From: Setoptus koraiensis
Lineage: Eukaryota; Animalia; Arthropoda
Assembly (NCBI GenBank): GCA_048013815.1
Contig: CM106585.1
Span: 16,864,001-16,928,000 of the forward strand
Length of the DNA stretch: 64,000 nucleotides
Reading direction: 5' to 3'
Made by a program: the position numbers and the translations under genes. Every line of letters starts with the position of its first letter. Position 1 is the stretch's first letter. The notes under the pieces were generated by a model, which saw only the letters and a program-made list of their open reading frames with translations, had not been told where the DNA came from and ran no database searches. Below, one piece after another: positions 1 to 10,742 of the stretch.

Positions 1-73
1 GCGTTAACAGCCAGGATAATGACATTAATTAATTTTTGTTTATTCAAAATGTTCTCGGTGCGTTTCCGTACAG

Positions 74-1022
74 GTGGAGAGATCCAACGAACCTAGTTTC
101 ATACAACTTAAAGGCGAGCACATGATATATAGATTTACCATAGATCCATCTTTGGAGTCACTTCACATGGAGGCCATTACTATGCCAGAAGACAGTGGTG
201 TTTGGACTTATGATGAAGTTGAAACACTGGAGAAGTACTTTGCGCTGAAAGTCGCTAGCTACCCCCACAAACCAGACGCTTTCATTAGTTTCAATCGTTT
301 GCTAACTAGTATACCTTTGATACTTAAAAAAGACTTTATAGCTCTGTTGAAGATTGAACTAAATCCGGAGGCTGAGCCACACTTCAATCCTATTTGGAAT
401 CTTTCAGTTAGCATGACTATACCACCTGGTGCAGTACCTTTGACACACCCAGGAATGTCATCTATATGCATAATCAAACCTCAAGTTATATTTTTCTTTG
501 TAAGTCGAAAAAGTCAAAATCAAAAATCCCCACAAAACTTACTCCATATGAAACCTACTAATGAAGTATCTCTATATTATTTCAGATCCACCTGACAATG
601 AAGAACGTTCACAATCACAGACCTGAGAAGGTGCCTCCTTCAGTCTACATACCCTTGTTATACGATAGTGATCAAAATGCTCTAAGTGTTCATTTACCTA
701 GAGGAGTTGATTCCTTTTTAAATGGTATAAGTGAGCATCTAAGGAACTACTGCAACGAGTTTAGAAATCGTAATTTAGGTGAGTAGCACTAAAAGCGATA
801 ACTAACAGATATAACTTTATATATCCTATATTATTTTAATATACTAACACATAATATATATATATATTACATGTCTAATGAATCTTCTCATCTTCTCTAG
901 GTAATGGTGCACCTTGTGTATTACAATGTGCTATAAGAGATTTAATGTTGAGACCAGACCTGCTTAAGCTCCCCTATAACTCAACGCCGAGGAATGCAGT
1001 TGTTGAGATGGAAACTATGTAG
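74..1022 (+). CDS. MED14: Mediator subunit 14, C-terminal part (5' end outside window); exons 74-499, 586-778, 901-1022
   Basis: Translation matches the MED14 C-terminus as I recall it (W..DEVETLEKYF..KVA..P.KP; WNLSVSMTIPP.A.P...PG; IPLLYD; CAIRDLM). Canonical introns 500-585 (GTAAGT...TTCAG, phase 0) and 779-900 (GTGAGT...CTAG, phase 1) join the three pieces in frame; TAG at 1020-1022. Confidence 0.88.
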
Positions 1023-1428
1023 CTCAAAACAGATAACTCAATTGTAGAATCACCTCTATGTTCTAGTGATAAATAAAGTAATGGTATTTCTCTCAACAAT
1101 TATTACGATGAACACTTTTGCCTTAATAGGATATTGCTAAGAATATAACAATGCAAAGTCATGATTGATCAGTAAAGTATCTATTTTTTGATAGCAACAA
1201 TCTAATAACAACAATAAATCTAATTATTCAAATAACATTGAGTTGGTAGGAACGAGTCATTCATTTCTGGAACTAACAATGGCACCTTCTCGGGGTGATC
1301 TAAGGATGTGTTCCGAATGAGGGGAAGGAATCAGTTTCGCCTTTTAAATCGTGTCTGAAATCGAGGTAGAGATGAAGAATTCAAGTGATTATATCTAACT
1401 CAAGCGACTGATTTTTATTACATAGCAA

Positions 1429-2238
1429 CTAGAATTTACCAGGTCTTTTCCTGGCTGTATATTTGCTATCTCTTTTAACGATTTTGCCTTGCTTTCTAGC
1501 CCTCTCTTTCTTTTTCATGACAAACTCCTTCCGTCTACCAACTTCGTTCTTGACTGCATGTTTATTTGATTCCTCAACTATGGCGTTAGGTAGTTTGAAA
1601 CTAGCTCCTCCACAAGACAATACTAGAAAAAACTTCTTAGCCTTTGTGCTATTGGGATTATCAATAACGAGACCACCCGTGAAACCAGCTTTAAGGGCTT
1701 GTTGGTTGATCAGTTCAACTTGTTGAGGATTTTCTGGATAAAATTGAAACACAGCACGTGCTTGGCGCGATAGGCAGGTGTATAGTGATGTAAAAAGCTT
1801 CAACAGCCTCTTAGCTGGACTGTGTGTTTTCTTGTCGGCGTTACATAACCACTGCAAGGCGGATACACTGATTGCGCCATCAAATGAGCCCGGCTTGAAT
1901 GGCAGACCTTCACCTAAATCCGACAGAATGATCTGCATGTCATCCAAATCGCCATCTCCTTTGCGCTGCTTAGCGATATCGATCATAGCTTCACTTATAT
2001 CTACTCCAATCCATTTATGGTCGTGCTCCTCTATGCATTGACTGCTTAGTCCAGATCCACAACCTAAATCCAGCAAGAGACACTGTTGGTCCTCTGGTAA
2101 TCCCAATAATTCAATGGCACGATTTGTCATAGATTCTTGGATATCGATAATACGTGTATTCTTTGTGTATTTATACGCCTCCTTAACATCGTAAAATATC
2201 TCCGGTGGAGCAATGTGTTCAGGTCTTCGCCCAGACAT
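1429..2238 (-). CDS. BUD23: 18S rRNA m7G methyltransferase BUD23/WBSCR22, intronless
   Basis: MSGRRPEHIAPPEIFYD N-terminus, SAM motif LLDLGCGSGLS, FDGAISVSALQWLCNA, QFYPEN, GFTGGLVID.PNSTKAKK, basic C-terminus ending RKRPGKF. Start placed at ATG 2238 (Met47 of the listed ORF). Confidence 0.95.
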   Translation of the reverse strand: MSGRRPEHIAPPEIFYDVKEAYKYTKNTRIIDIQESMTNRAIELLGLPEDQQCLLLDLGCGSGLSSQCIEEHDHKWIGVDISEAMIDIAKQRKGDGDLDDMQIILSDLGEGLPFKPGSFDGAISVSALQWLCNADKKTHSPAKRLLKLFTSLYTCLSRQARAVFQFYPENPQQVELINQQALKAGFTGGLVIDNPNSTKAKKFFLVLSCGGASFKLPNAIVEESNKHAVKNEVGRRKEFVMKKKERARKQGKIVKRDSKYTARKRPGKF

Positions 2239-2659
2239 TATTCTGCAAGGATGACAATATTCCGATGAAAACAATAATGATTGGACCCGATTAGATTGTT
2301 TATACCCGTGTACGATAAATACGCATGATGTTACACGCCGTCTTCCACCGGGAATTTGTGTTGATGTGCTGCACAAAATCGCACTTAATTATCAATCCAC
2401 TGCTCTTGAGCTCTACCTACAGCTTACTAGTACTAGTTAAAGTAAGGCGCAGATTCTCAGGAGAGAAAGCTTGTTGGTGCACAATATGTAGACAGCCTGC
2501 AATTTGCATTTAAACTGTTTCTGTGCCTAAATTTTTTATTTTGAAGGGATCGAAATTGAATATTGTTGACTCGGCACTCACTGAAAGGAATAAAATTTTA
2601 CATCTTAATCGAGGTCACTATTTTTGATATATCCCATCCACATTCCGACCACAAGCACC

Positions 2660-3748
2660 ATGGACTTCCTTAGGCGACACAAAACAAAGTTGGCCCTTGC
2701 CGGTGGAGCCATTGGTTCAATATATATTATAAATAAAGTATTATCGAGTTATGAGAAACAGTGGGAAAAAAGCTCAAGCAGGGGCTTCGTTCATGAGGCT
2801 AGAAAAAAAGAGATCCAATTTGAGAACATCATAACACACTGTAACGAAATATGCACTAATATATCCCCCAAATTGATGGCTCAAATGCGTAACGAACTAA
2901 ATGTCTCAACATTAATAGAACGATTAGGCGACCACTCTCTGAGCAACTCGGAGAAGCTCGAAATTTGGAAATCTCTTAGGGTCCATTTATTATCTCAGTT
3001 ATTGGGTGAAATCTACAGCACCTGTATATTGACATGCTATTTGAGAGTTCAGATGAGTGTGATCGGGGGACAGCTGTTCTACGCTAACATTACAAACCCC
3101 AATGGGTTGGACAACTCAAAAGCGTACAACAAATACGTCGCCTTAGTTGGAAGCCATCATGGCGAGAAATACAATACTCTCATACAACCCATAATGGACG
3201 CCGTCGAGGATGCCATGGATGGGTTCGATCTACGCACTAAGGTTACTCTACAAGACTTCAAAATCATTTTCGGGAAAGTTAAGCAATCGATGTCGTTTTT
3301 CCTGTCAAGTCCGACTTCAAAAACCAAGGTATTCTTCTTACATACAGACAAATTATCATCCATAGATGTGGGCAACTCAGCTGAACCACTCAATGAAAAA
3401 GAGGAATCCATGATACGCCAGATGCTCGGAGAGACCCAAGACATTCTTGAGAGCGACGATTTTCAAGTTGTTTTAGAATCCAGCCTTGAGGTGGGTTACT
3501 CAATACTTGAGGATCTGCTTGTGGGTGCATTTATCAAAATGGAAAGTAAATTGTCAGGGAAAGTAGACGGCTTCTCAAATCCCAACTCTATACAAATACC
3601 TTTGATAAGAATATTGCCCGAGATCAATAATGCAATCACCTCTAGAAGTCAAATGGAGCAACGAACATTGGTGAATCATCTTCTTTGCTTAGATGTGCTT
3701 AACTGTTTTGCAGCCAATGTGTATGAAGCATTTTGTCAACCAAGATAA
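2660..3748 (+). CDS. PEX3: Peroxisomal biogenesis factor 3, intronless
   Basis: MDFLRRHKTKLALAGGAIGSIYII (basic patch plus membrane anchor), YLRVQMSVIGGQL, DILESDDF..V, IPLIRILP, C-terminal CFAANVYEAFCQP. ATG at 2660, TAA 3746-3748. Confidence 0.92.
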   Translation: MDFLRRHKTKLALAGGAIGSIYIINKVLSSYEKQWEKSSSRGFVHEARKKEIQFENIITHCNEICTNISPKLMAQMRNELNVSTLIERLGDHSLSNSEKLEIWKSLRVHLLSQLLGEIYSTCILTCYLRVQMSVIGGQLFYANITNPNGLDNSKAYNKYVALVGSHHGEKYNTLIQPIMDAVEDAMDGFDLRTKVTLQDFKIIFGKVKQSMSFFLSSPTSKTKVFFLHTDKLSSIDVGNSAEPLNEKEESMIRQMLGETQDILESDDFQVVLESSLEVGYSILEDLLVGAFIKMESKLSGKVDGFSNPNSIQIPLIRILPEINNAITSRSQMEQRTLVNHLLCLDVLNCFAANVYEAFCQPR

Positions 3749-3997
3749 GTAGGGTTGATTGGAGTTGTGTATTGGTGATTGGTTATAATACTACACACTA
3801 TGTATATATATATATTATATACATACATATATAAATCAGAGATAAATAATTATTTTGGATAATACTTGAGGGCCTTATTACGTGTTTATGTTCCTTCGGG
3901 GTTGGGAGTAATATTTTCAGAATTTATTTATTTTGACATTGAGTGAACCCATTAATGGGGTGCTCATACTATTTCACACAAGTGTTTTAGCACTAGT

Positions 3998-4798
3998 TTA
4001 AAGATCTTCGTCATCGTCCTCTGGCAGAGGCACATCCTGAGCTTGTTGCATCTCTTTCTCCAATTTAGCGGTCCATTGTGGGTCCATTTGGATTTCTGGA
4101 GGAGCGAGAGCTGGCATGGCTACAAACTCTAAGCTGGCATCTCCCATGAGTTTGCGAGCCAAATATAAGAACGGTTTCTCGAAGTTGTAGTTACTTTTAG
4201 CACTGATGTCGTAGTACTAATAATGTACAAAATGTGAAAAATGAGAGTAGGATAAAGAGAATATATTGACTTGAGTTAGTAATGGTCTGTTATAACAGTG
4301 AATTGGCATATTGATCAGATGAACGTTCATAGGATTGATGATATTTACCTGTAGGTTCTTCTTCCGATGGAATACTATAGCCTTGGCCTTGACTTTTCTG
4401 TCTTTAACATCGACCTTGTTGCCGCAAAGAACTATGGGTATGTTGTCGCAAACGCGAACTAGGTCACGATGCCAATTAGGTACGTTCTTGTATGTAACAC
4501 GTGATGTGACATCAAACATGATAATGGCCGCCTGACTTTGAATGTAATATCCATCACGCAGACCACCAAATTTCTCTTGACCTGCTGTGTCCCAGACGTT
4601 GAATTCAATAGGTCCATATTTGGTATAAAACACAAGCGGGTGCACCTCAACACCCAATGTAGCTATGTATTTCTTTTCGAATTCACCTGTCTTATGTCTC
4701 TTAACGAATGTCGTCTTTCCCGTACCACCATCACCAACAAGTACACACTTGTATCTGGCAATGGGCTGTTGTGATTGTTGTGCTGGTGTAGGTTGCAT
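3998..4798 (-). CDS. Ran: Small GTPase Ran; exons 4798-4349 and 4216-3998
   Basis: [26 protein letters not shown] and NKVD motifs. Intron 4348-4217 (GTAAAT...TTAG) joins KKNLQ|YYDISA; acidic tail EDDDEDL then TAA at 3998-4000. Confidence 0.97.
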
Positions 4799-6915
4799 CC
4801 TGATTCTGACAGTACTGGTGATAATGATATTTATGATTATAATGTTAGCCCCTTTGATTGATAATTATTGTTATAGAGATCTCGTCAACAGAATAAATTC
4901 GAGTTGTTGTAATTATCTGAAAGTAAGTCCAGAAATTAAATGAACATTTATAATGACTCAATATAAATTGATCTGAAATTTGACTGGTAAATGTACGAAT
5001 AATAGGACGGGAAGTTAATCATGCTGTATACTGACAAATAAAATACCTAGTGCGCATCGCGGCGCCAATTTCGAATAAAATACGCGGTTTATTGATCGGG
5101 GAGGATCAACTCTCCCTTCCTTTTTCTGCATCAAGATGCGACCTCCCCGTTCATCTCCCTAGTAGACTTCCTGTCACTTTGTGAGCGAAAAAGATGAATT
5201 GATGAGCGTATTAATATAGATAAATTTTGGATATCAACCTCATAAAATATTAGTGCAAGTGCATTGTTTGCTTTCAGTGATCATCGTGGAGGTTTCCGAC
5301 GCTCAGCCTGTTGTTTTGAATCGAGGAGCCGGAGGAAACAAATGATCCCCTTCGATAACCAATGCGATTTTTACCTAGATTCAACAATTCTTGAGCGATG
5401 AAGGAGAAAAAAAAGTTTCCACGAGTGAACTTTTCCGAAAACCGGCTCAGTTAGTTGTGACAGTTCACGCCAACTTACTGGAAAGTAAGATCTCGAGATC
5501 TAACTTTCTAAGTCTAATCTCGAGATGAAAGTAAGGAACATTCTCATGTCCATACTTTCGGAACATAAGTTTGTAATATGGACGTTTTTCTTTTGGCTTC
5601 TGCCGAAGTGTGTCTTCTTTAATCAGAGCGTTCATTAGCCTGTCTACAGCGAATCTGGAAGTACTAGTTGGTCAGAAATCATGAAAGGTTTCTGTCATGG
5701 ATAGATACGCTTTAATGAAGAATCATTTGTCAACAGATATCATCAACCTACCTATTATCGGTTAGATATTTGTTCCGCGATATAACAGCAAGAGGTGCTA
5801 TAGCACCCCTATATGACCTCGTTTGATCAATTGAGGGTTTGATTTTTTTCTATGTTATTTTCTACCAATTCAGGCGGTTGTTCCAAAATGGGCAAACATT
5901 GGAGAAATCTAGCATCGATCTAAGATATTTATATCATTTTAGTCTCGTTTTGATTGAATATACATGTTGTATTTAAGAGTATATTGATAGGCCTATACAC
6001 AATCTTACAAGTTTATGACCTCACTGAGTCTCTCATGATTATATTCTTCTCTCATCGTACACATCTTAGAACTTTGGTATTATTATTTTGTTGTTAATTC
6101 TTCCTTGACAATTTTTCTGTTAGTATAGATGAGACAAAACTATATCGAGTTGGTAGAATTGTGGTTAGATGATCTTCTAAGGTGTTCAACAAGTTTTTTT
6201 TATCTCGTTTAACCAATTTCGAATTAGATGCTAATTCCAATCTTCTACCCATCCATGTCGGCCCCCTGCAATCAAATCGTTGCGACCAGCGGTATTGCTA
6301 TTAACGATGGGTGCTAATTAACTTCTAATAGAAATGAGTTATCTAAATATCTATCGCCTTTCATTTAACAATCGAGTTGATTATATTATTATTTTCTATT
6401 CTGCCATGATGTGATTTTGTATTCATATTTATTTATATCCAAAATTAGCGTCTGGACTCGAATTGTTATTCTCGCACCCACTTATTGTTATCCATGTCGA
6501 AATTAGGCCATCAATTATTGTCAAAATATACCATGCATATCCTAGAGTGTTGAATTCGCTAGACCTTCTTCTTATTTATCTTCATGTACATCGCGCGAGC
6601 AGCAATATTCATAACAAGTTCAAGTATACTTTTTTGAGTACAGAAACGAATCAAAGTTGATATCGACATTCGATCTTAGCTATTCGACAATGAGAATTAC
6701 CAGAAATGAGAGTTATGCCGATATTATGCACAAATAAAGATAATGTAAGCAATGACATAAAAAGTATTCAGAGTGGAATGATACAAACAACCTTGGTTTG
6801 AAGAAGAAAACTCAATTCTGGTGCCTAGGGCTTTACTAGGTATAAAAATATCACACTTAACTGGAATACTTTTAGTTTAGATAGACAATTAGCAGAGGTT
6901 CTTAGCTATGTCCAT

Positions 6916-8084
6916 TCAAACCACTTGAGCTATTAAGCTCGGAAGAAATGCTCCAACTATGAAGCATAATATTTCTTTATATGAAAGTCGCCTGTTGTGG
7001 ACAAGTTCTGGCAAAACATGAACTGTTGCAACGTATAAAAATGTACCAGCTGAGAAAAGCATCGCGATTCCTGTGGCATTGTGCCTTTGCAGTGCCTCCT
7101 TTCCGGATTGGCTTAGGCCGAAATAGGTCATAAAGGCTGCAACTGGTGCACTCAAAGAGAAAGCTAATAGATGCCTTCTTATGGTTGCATGCTTGAGGCC
7201 ACGATGTAACAAAAAAGCCACCAATCCGAACGCTGCAGGAGCCTTGTGTAACATGATGGCTAGGAATATAATCATTTCGGTTTCACGGTGTGAGGTCGTC
7301 GCCGCTGCACCCAATGCTATCCCATCAGCCGAAGCATGAATGACAAGTCCTAAAGTGGGAGTAACTTTAGGACTTGGTTGCAAATGACCACTGTTCGGAT
7401 TTAAGTGATGATTCATAGAACTTATTGGTAGATGGAGGGAATCCATATCCTTATGAGAGCCAGATGCCATGTCATAGTCATCAGATGGTGCCAGATTATA
7501 ATCATGAACTTGATTTTTAGATGAGGAGAATTGATCTATAAGTAGCATCAAAACAAATCCAGAGACTAGAGCCAAACCAATCACGAAAGTCTGAGATGAG
7601 TTATCTGACGCTTTCTGATCATCTTCGTTATTTGATATTCTTTCCTCATTGGCATCGTTATTTAGATAGCTGTTATAAATATCATTAGGATTAGTCGGAT
7701 TTCGATCGTCTTTCTTTGGTCTCATGCGTAATTCATTGTTGTGTGTTAGCGTCTTGATGCATTGCGGTTCAGAATATATGGAATTGACACCCTCTGGAAT
7801 GATTATTGCTAAAGCTGTTCCAACAAGAATTCCAGAGCCGGTAATAGTTAGTAATTTAGAACGAGACTGGAAATATAGTATCGTATATATCGTATCATAT
7901 TATATAAAAGGAGATGAAACATGATTAGAGATATTTTGCCTATTTCATTATTACGTAATGTATGTAAGATATTGATCTTTCAACTTACCTCGGAGAGGGG
8001 AAAGGCCATTGGAATGGTCCCCGAGAAATAGCTACCTACAAGCATTGAAAAACATAATAGAGTCAACAAGGTTAATTGATCCAT
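6916..8084 (-). CDS. SLC39A9: Zinc transporter ZIP9; exons 8084-7989 and 7866-6916
   Basis: Exon 1 [32 protein letters not shown] splices (GTAAGT...CCAG, intron 7988-7867, phase 0) to [30 protein letters not shown]9 motifs [48 protein letters not shown]. Confidence 0.93.
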
Positions 8085-8579
8085 AACCAAAGTTAGTGAA
8101 TATCTTCTAAATCTGTTAGTTGGATGTCTAGGGTATCCCACAATGGTTTTGTATCGATTTGCTATAGACGTAGTTCTATGTGATGAAATTGAAACTAGTT
8201 ATACCTATGATAAATTCTGGTGAAATGATACCATTCTTTGCACGAGCATAGATGGTACCATTTTGACTCCTACACCAGACAAACTTGATTCATCCAGGTT
8301 TACGATGCAGAATAACATGAAGATGGCAAATAATATGCTGATGCTGTGTTCAGTCGGTTATTTGATAAAAGGTACGCTCATAGATAGATATAATAGAGCA
8401 GTTGTCTAATATATATGGGTATAAAAAATACGATTATGTGTAATGATAATTATCCTTGAATTGTAGCTCATATGATTCAATAGAAGAAAAAAAGATTGCA
8501 CCACACATGCTAGAGTAACGGTTGAAGTGAGATTAGTATTGATTCAGTGCTGCGGCTGAGGCCAACACTCACACTACTA

Positions 8580-8587
8580 TATCGATA
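8580..8587. promoter_or_regulatory. DRE-like palindrome TATCGATA between divergent ZIP9 and TMX1, with an E2F-like GGCGCCAAA about 100 bp away
   Basis: Exact TATCGATA (Drosophila DREF element, typical of housekeeping promoters) about 500 bp upstream of the ZIP9 ATG. Function is inferred only; the 8-mer also occurs inside the BUD23 CDS (2142-2149). Confidence 0.35.
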
Positions 8588-9609
8588 AAGTAAACAAATC
8601 AACCTGTATCTATTTGCGTAGAAACACTGAATTAATTATCTGCTATTAGTATTATTACTATATAGCAGGAACTATGATAGTGTGGCGCCAAATATATCTA
8701 TCAGGATGTAGCAAAAGAGAGTTCAACCACCCTCTATTTCTGTTTCAATTTATCTTTTTATCAATTTATGAGGTGATACAGAATCGATTGAGCCTGTTTT
8801 AGAGGTAGGAATAGTTGAGGACCTTGAATATGTCTCCGGAATAAGTTCAAAATATGATAATCAATAATCAGAGATCCAATTGAAATTTATGACAAGGATG
8901 GTTCTTTGGACTTGGTGTTTAAAATTGACCCATGACCAAGACGCTTACTTTCGGCGTGCTTATTGGTGACCGATTGGATAGCGAAGATAGCGATGTAGTT
9001 TCTCGCTCCTCATAAATGTGACTTCTAGGTGCTGTTCTAGCGACGTCAACTTTTTCTTTCCTCCCGTGAATTGTTAGGATTTTTCGGTGATCTATGTGAA
9101 CGTCACTAAATACAGATTAGTATTTTTTCTAAATGACAATTGAAAGGTTAGCATTCAAAGATTATTTTTGATACATCTCTCACAGACGATATCATCCTAT
9201 CAGAGGATTGCTATCATAGGAATCCTATGAATAAATTTATATTCCGCGCGTTTATTCATTCGAAATCAGAAGTCTCTTGTCACATGTTCAATGCACACCA
9301 GTTGAAAATCCGTAAAATTCGATGCATCCAAACGATTCCTAGTGAGCAAAATTATTATAAAACTCTTATGGCACCTTGTAACAATAATTTTTATCTACTA
9401 TTTAATAATATTTCAATCTTATAACATTATCGGATATTAATCATCTAGATTAAGGATACGGAATTTATTATAATTTCAACTGTCAAGTTTGCATCTTTTG
9501 CAACTCTCGCATCCATCATATGTAAATCTGTGTCCATCAACAAGTTCTCGCAGTTCAAGCTTTTTATTGTATAACAATAGTTTATAGATCAATCAAACAC
9601 TCAATTAGA

Positions 9610-10407
9610 ATGTATCGCATTGGACGAAGGAACTTTATTTTTTACGGTGCTGTCTTGGCTACAATAGTTATATGTTTTTTTGGACATGCACAATCGTCTT
9701 CCAAAAAAGAACCCCTTGTACTCGACGAAGACTCTTGGGTTCAGCTCATGACAGGTGAATGGATGGTAGATTTCTATGCTCCTTGGTGTCCCGCTTGCAA
9801 GAGACTCGAATCAGATTGGAAAACATTTGCTACATGGGTAGATGATCTCAATATTGGAGTTGCGTCTGCAGATGTTACCAAGAATCCTGGTCTCACTGGA
9901 CGCTTCATGGTTTCTGGGTTGCCAACAATATACCACGTCAAGGATGGGATATTCAGACTATACTCAGGTCCGAGAGATTACACTTCATTAATAAGTTTTG
10001 TAGAGGAACAAAAATGGAAAAACGTCGAACCAGTGTCAAGATGGTGGGCTCCTGACACGTTGCAGATGTCTTTTGTTGCTTACTCATTCAGGATCTCAAT
10101 GGCTCTTCGAGCTGTGCACAATATATTGGTCGAGGACTACGGCTTCCCTTATTACGTTTCATATCTCATGTTCACTGTAGGTACTGTCATTCTTGGAACT
10201 CTGCTTGGTTTGATTATTGTGTTTGTAATCGATCAATTCTGTCCCTCGAGGTACCCAGCAGACACTGCATCTTCGACTATTGCTGACAAAAAGAAAAAGA
10301 CAGATAATGACAAAGACAGTGATTTGGAGGATACAAAACCAGACACAACAAAAACTGAGGCCAAAAAAGTGGTTGGTAGTTCAAAAGTGAGACGTCGTGC
10401 GGGTTGA
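9610..10407 (+). CDS. TMX1: Thioredoxin-related transmembrane protein 1, intronless
   Basis: Signal peptide, WMVDFYAPWCPAC active site, VDVT..PGL.GRFMV..LPTIYHVKDGIFRLY.GPR, TM segment YGFPYYVSYLMFTVGTVILGTLLGLIIVFVID, charged tail ending VRRR. Confidence 0.93.
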   Translation: MYRIGRRNFIFYGAVLATIVICFFGHAQSSSKKEPLVLDEDSWVQLMTGEWMVDFYAPWCPACKRLESDWKTFATWVDDLNIGVASADVTKNPGLTGRFMVSGLPTIYHVKDGIFRLYSGPRDYTSLISFVEEQKWKNVEPVSRWWAPDTLQMSFVAYSFRISMALRAVHNILVEDYGFPYYVSYLMFTVGTVILGTLLGLIIVFVIDQFCPSRYPADTASSTIADKKKKTDNDKDSDLEDTKPDTTKTEAKKVVGSSKVRRRAG

Positions 10408-10742
10408 ATTTGAAAAGATCCTTTTGTAGCGTATTCCAATGAGAGTATTATCATGAATGTGTTCAATAATACTTGTAGTACTGTGCTGTAGCGGTTCAGG
10501 TTCAAGGGAACTAGAGGAAATTCACGAGAATCTATTTGATAAATTTAAAAAAATTGTAAACTTCAATGCATTGCTCGAGATTAATTAACATTTGTTAAGT
10601 TGACAGGGATACATAATCGATTGCAAAAAATATATAGATGAAACATTAAGCCTTATAGGCATTTATTGATATGTTTGATAAACAATCTATGATCATTACT
10701 CGGTCAACTAGATAGAGTTTTAATAAAAACTGATTTCATTCT

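Noticed and set aside
1335-1348. TTTCGCCTTTTA resembling U5 snRNA loop I
   Set aside because: The invariant loop continues ..TTTTAC, here ..TTTTAA. The flanking stem cannot form and I see no Sm site at the expected distance.
2239-2376. 46-aa N-terminal extension of BUD23 in the ORF track
   Set aside because: Starts at a non-ATG codon; the conserved protein begins MSGRRPEH at 2238.
4217-4348. ORF-track C-terminus of Ran (VNIINPM...), and likewise the tail of the 74-595 ORF
   Set aside because: Both are read-through into GT-AG introns; splicing restores the conserved sequence.
5183-5208. GAGCG...TTGATGAGCG resembling U3 snoRNA boxes B and C; also weak RNase P/MRP- and SRP-like words on the minus strand at 5290-5450
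   Set aside because: No box A/A' or D at proper positions, no room for the B/C stem, and the SRP and RNase P pairings fail by eye. An Rfam scan would be needed to settle it.
8949-9105. Possible minus-strand exon (DVHIDHRKILTIHGRKEK...STPK) with branch point, AG and GTAAGC, faintly small-HSP-like
   Set aside because: I could not connect it to a start or to downstream exons, and it is too short to call a gene; RNA-seq could rescue it.
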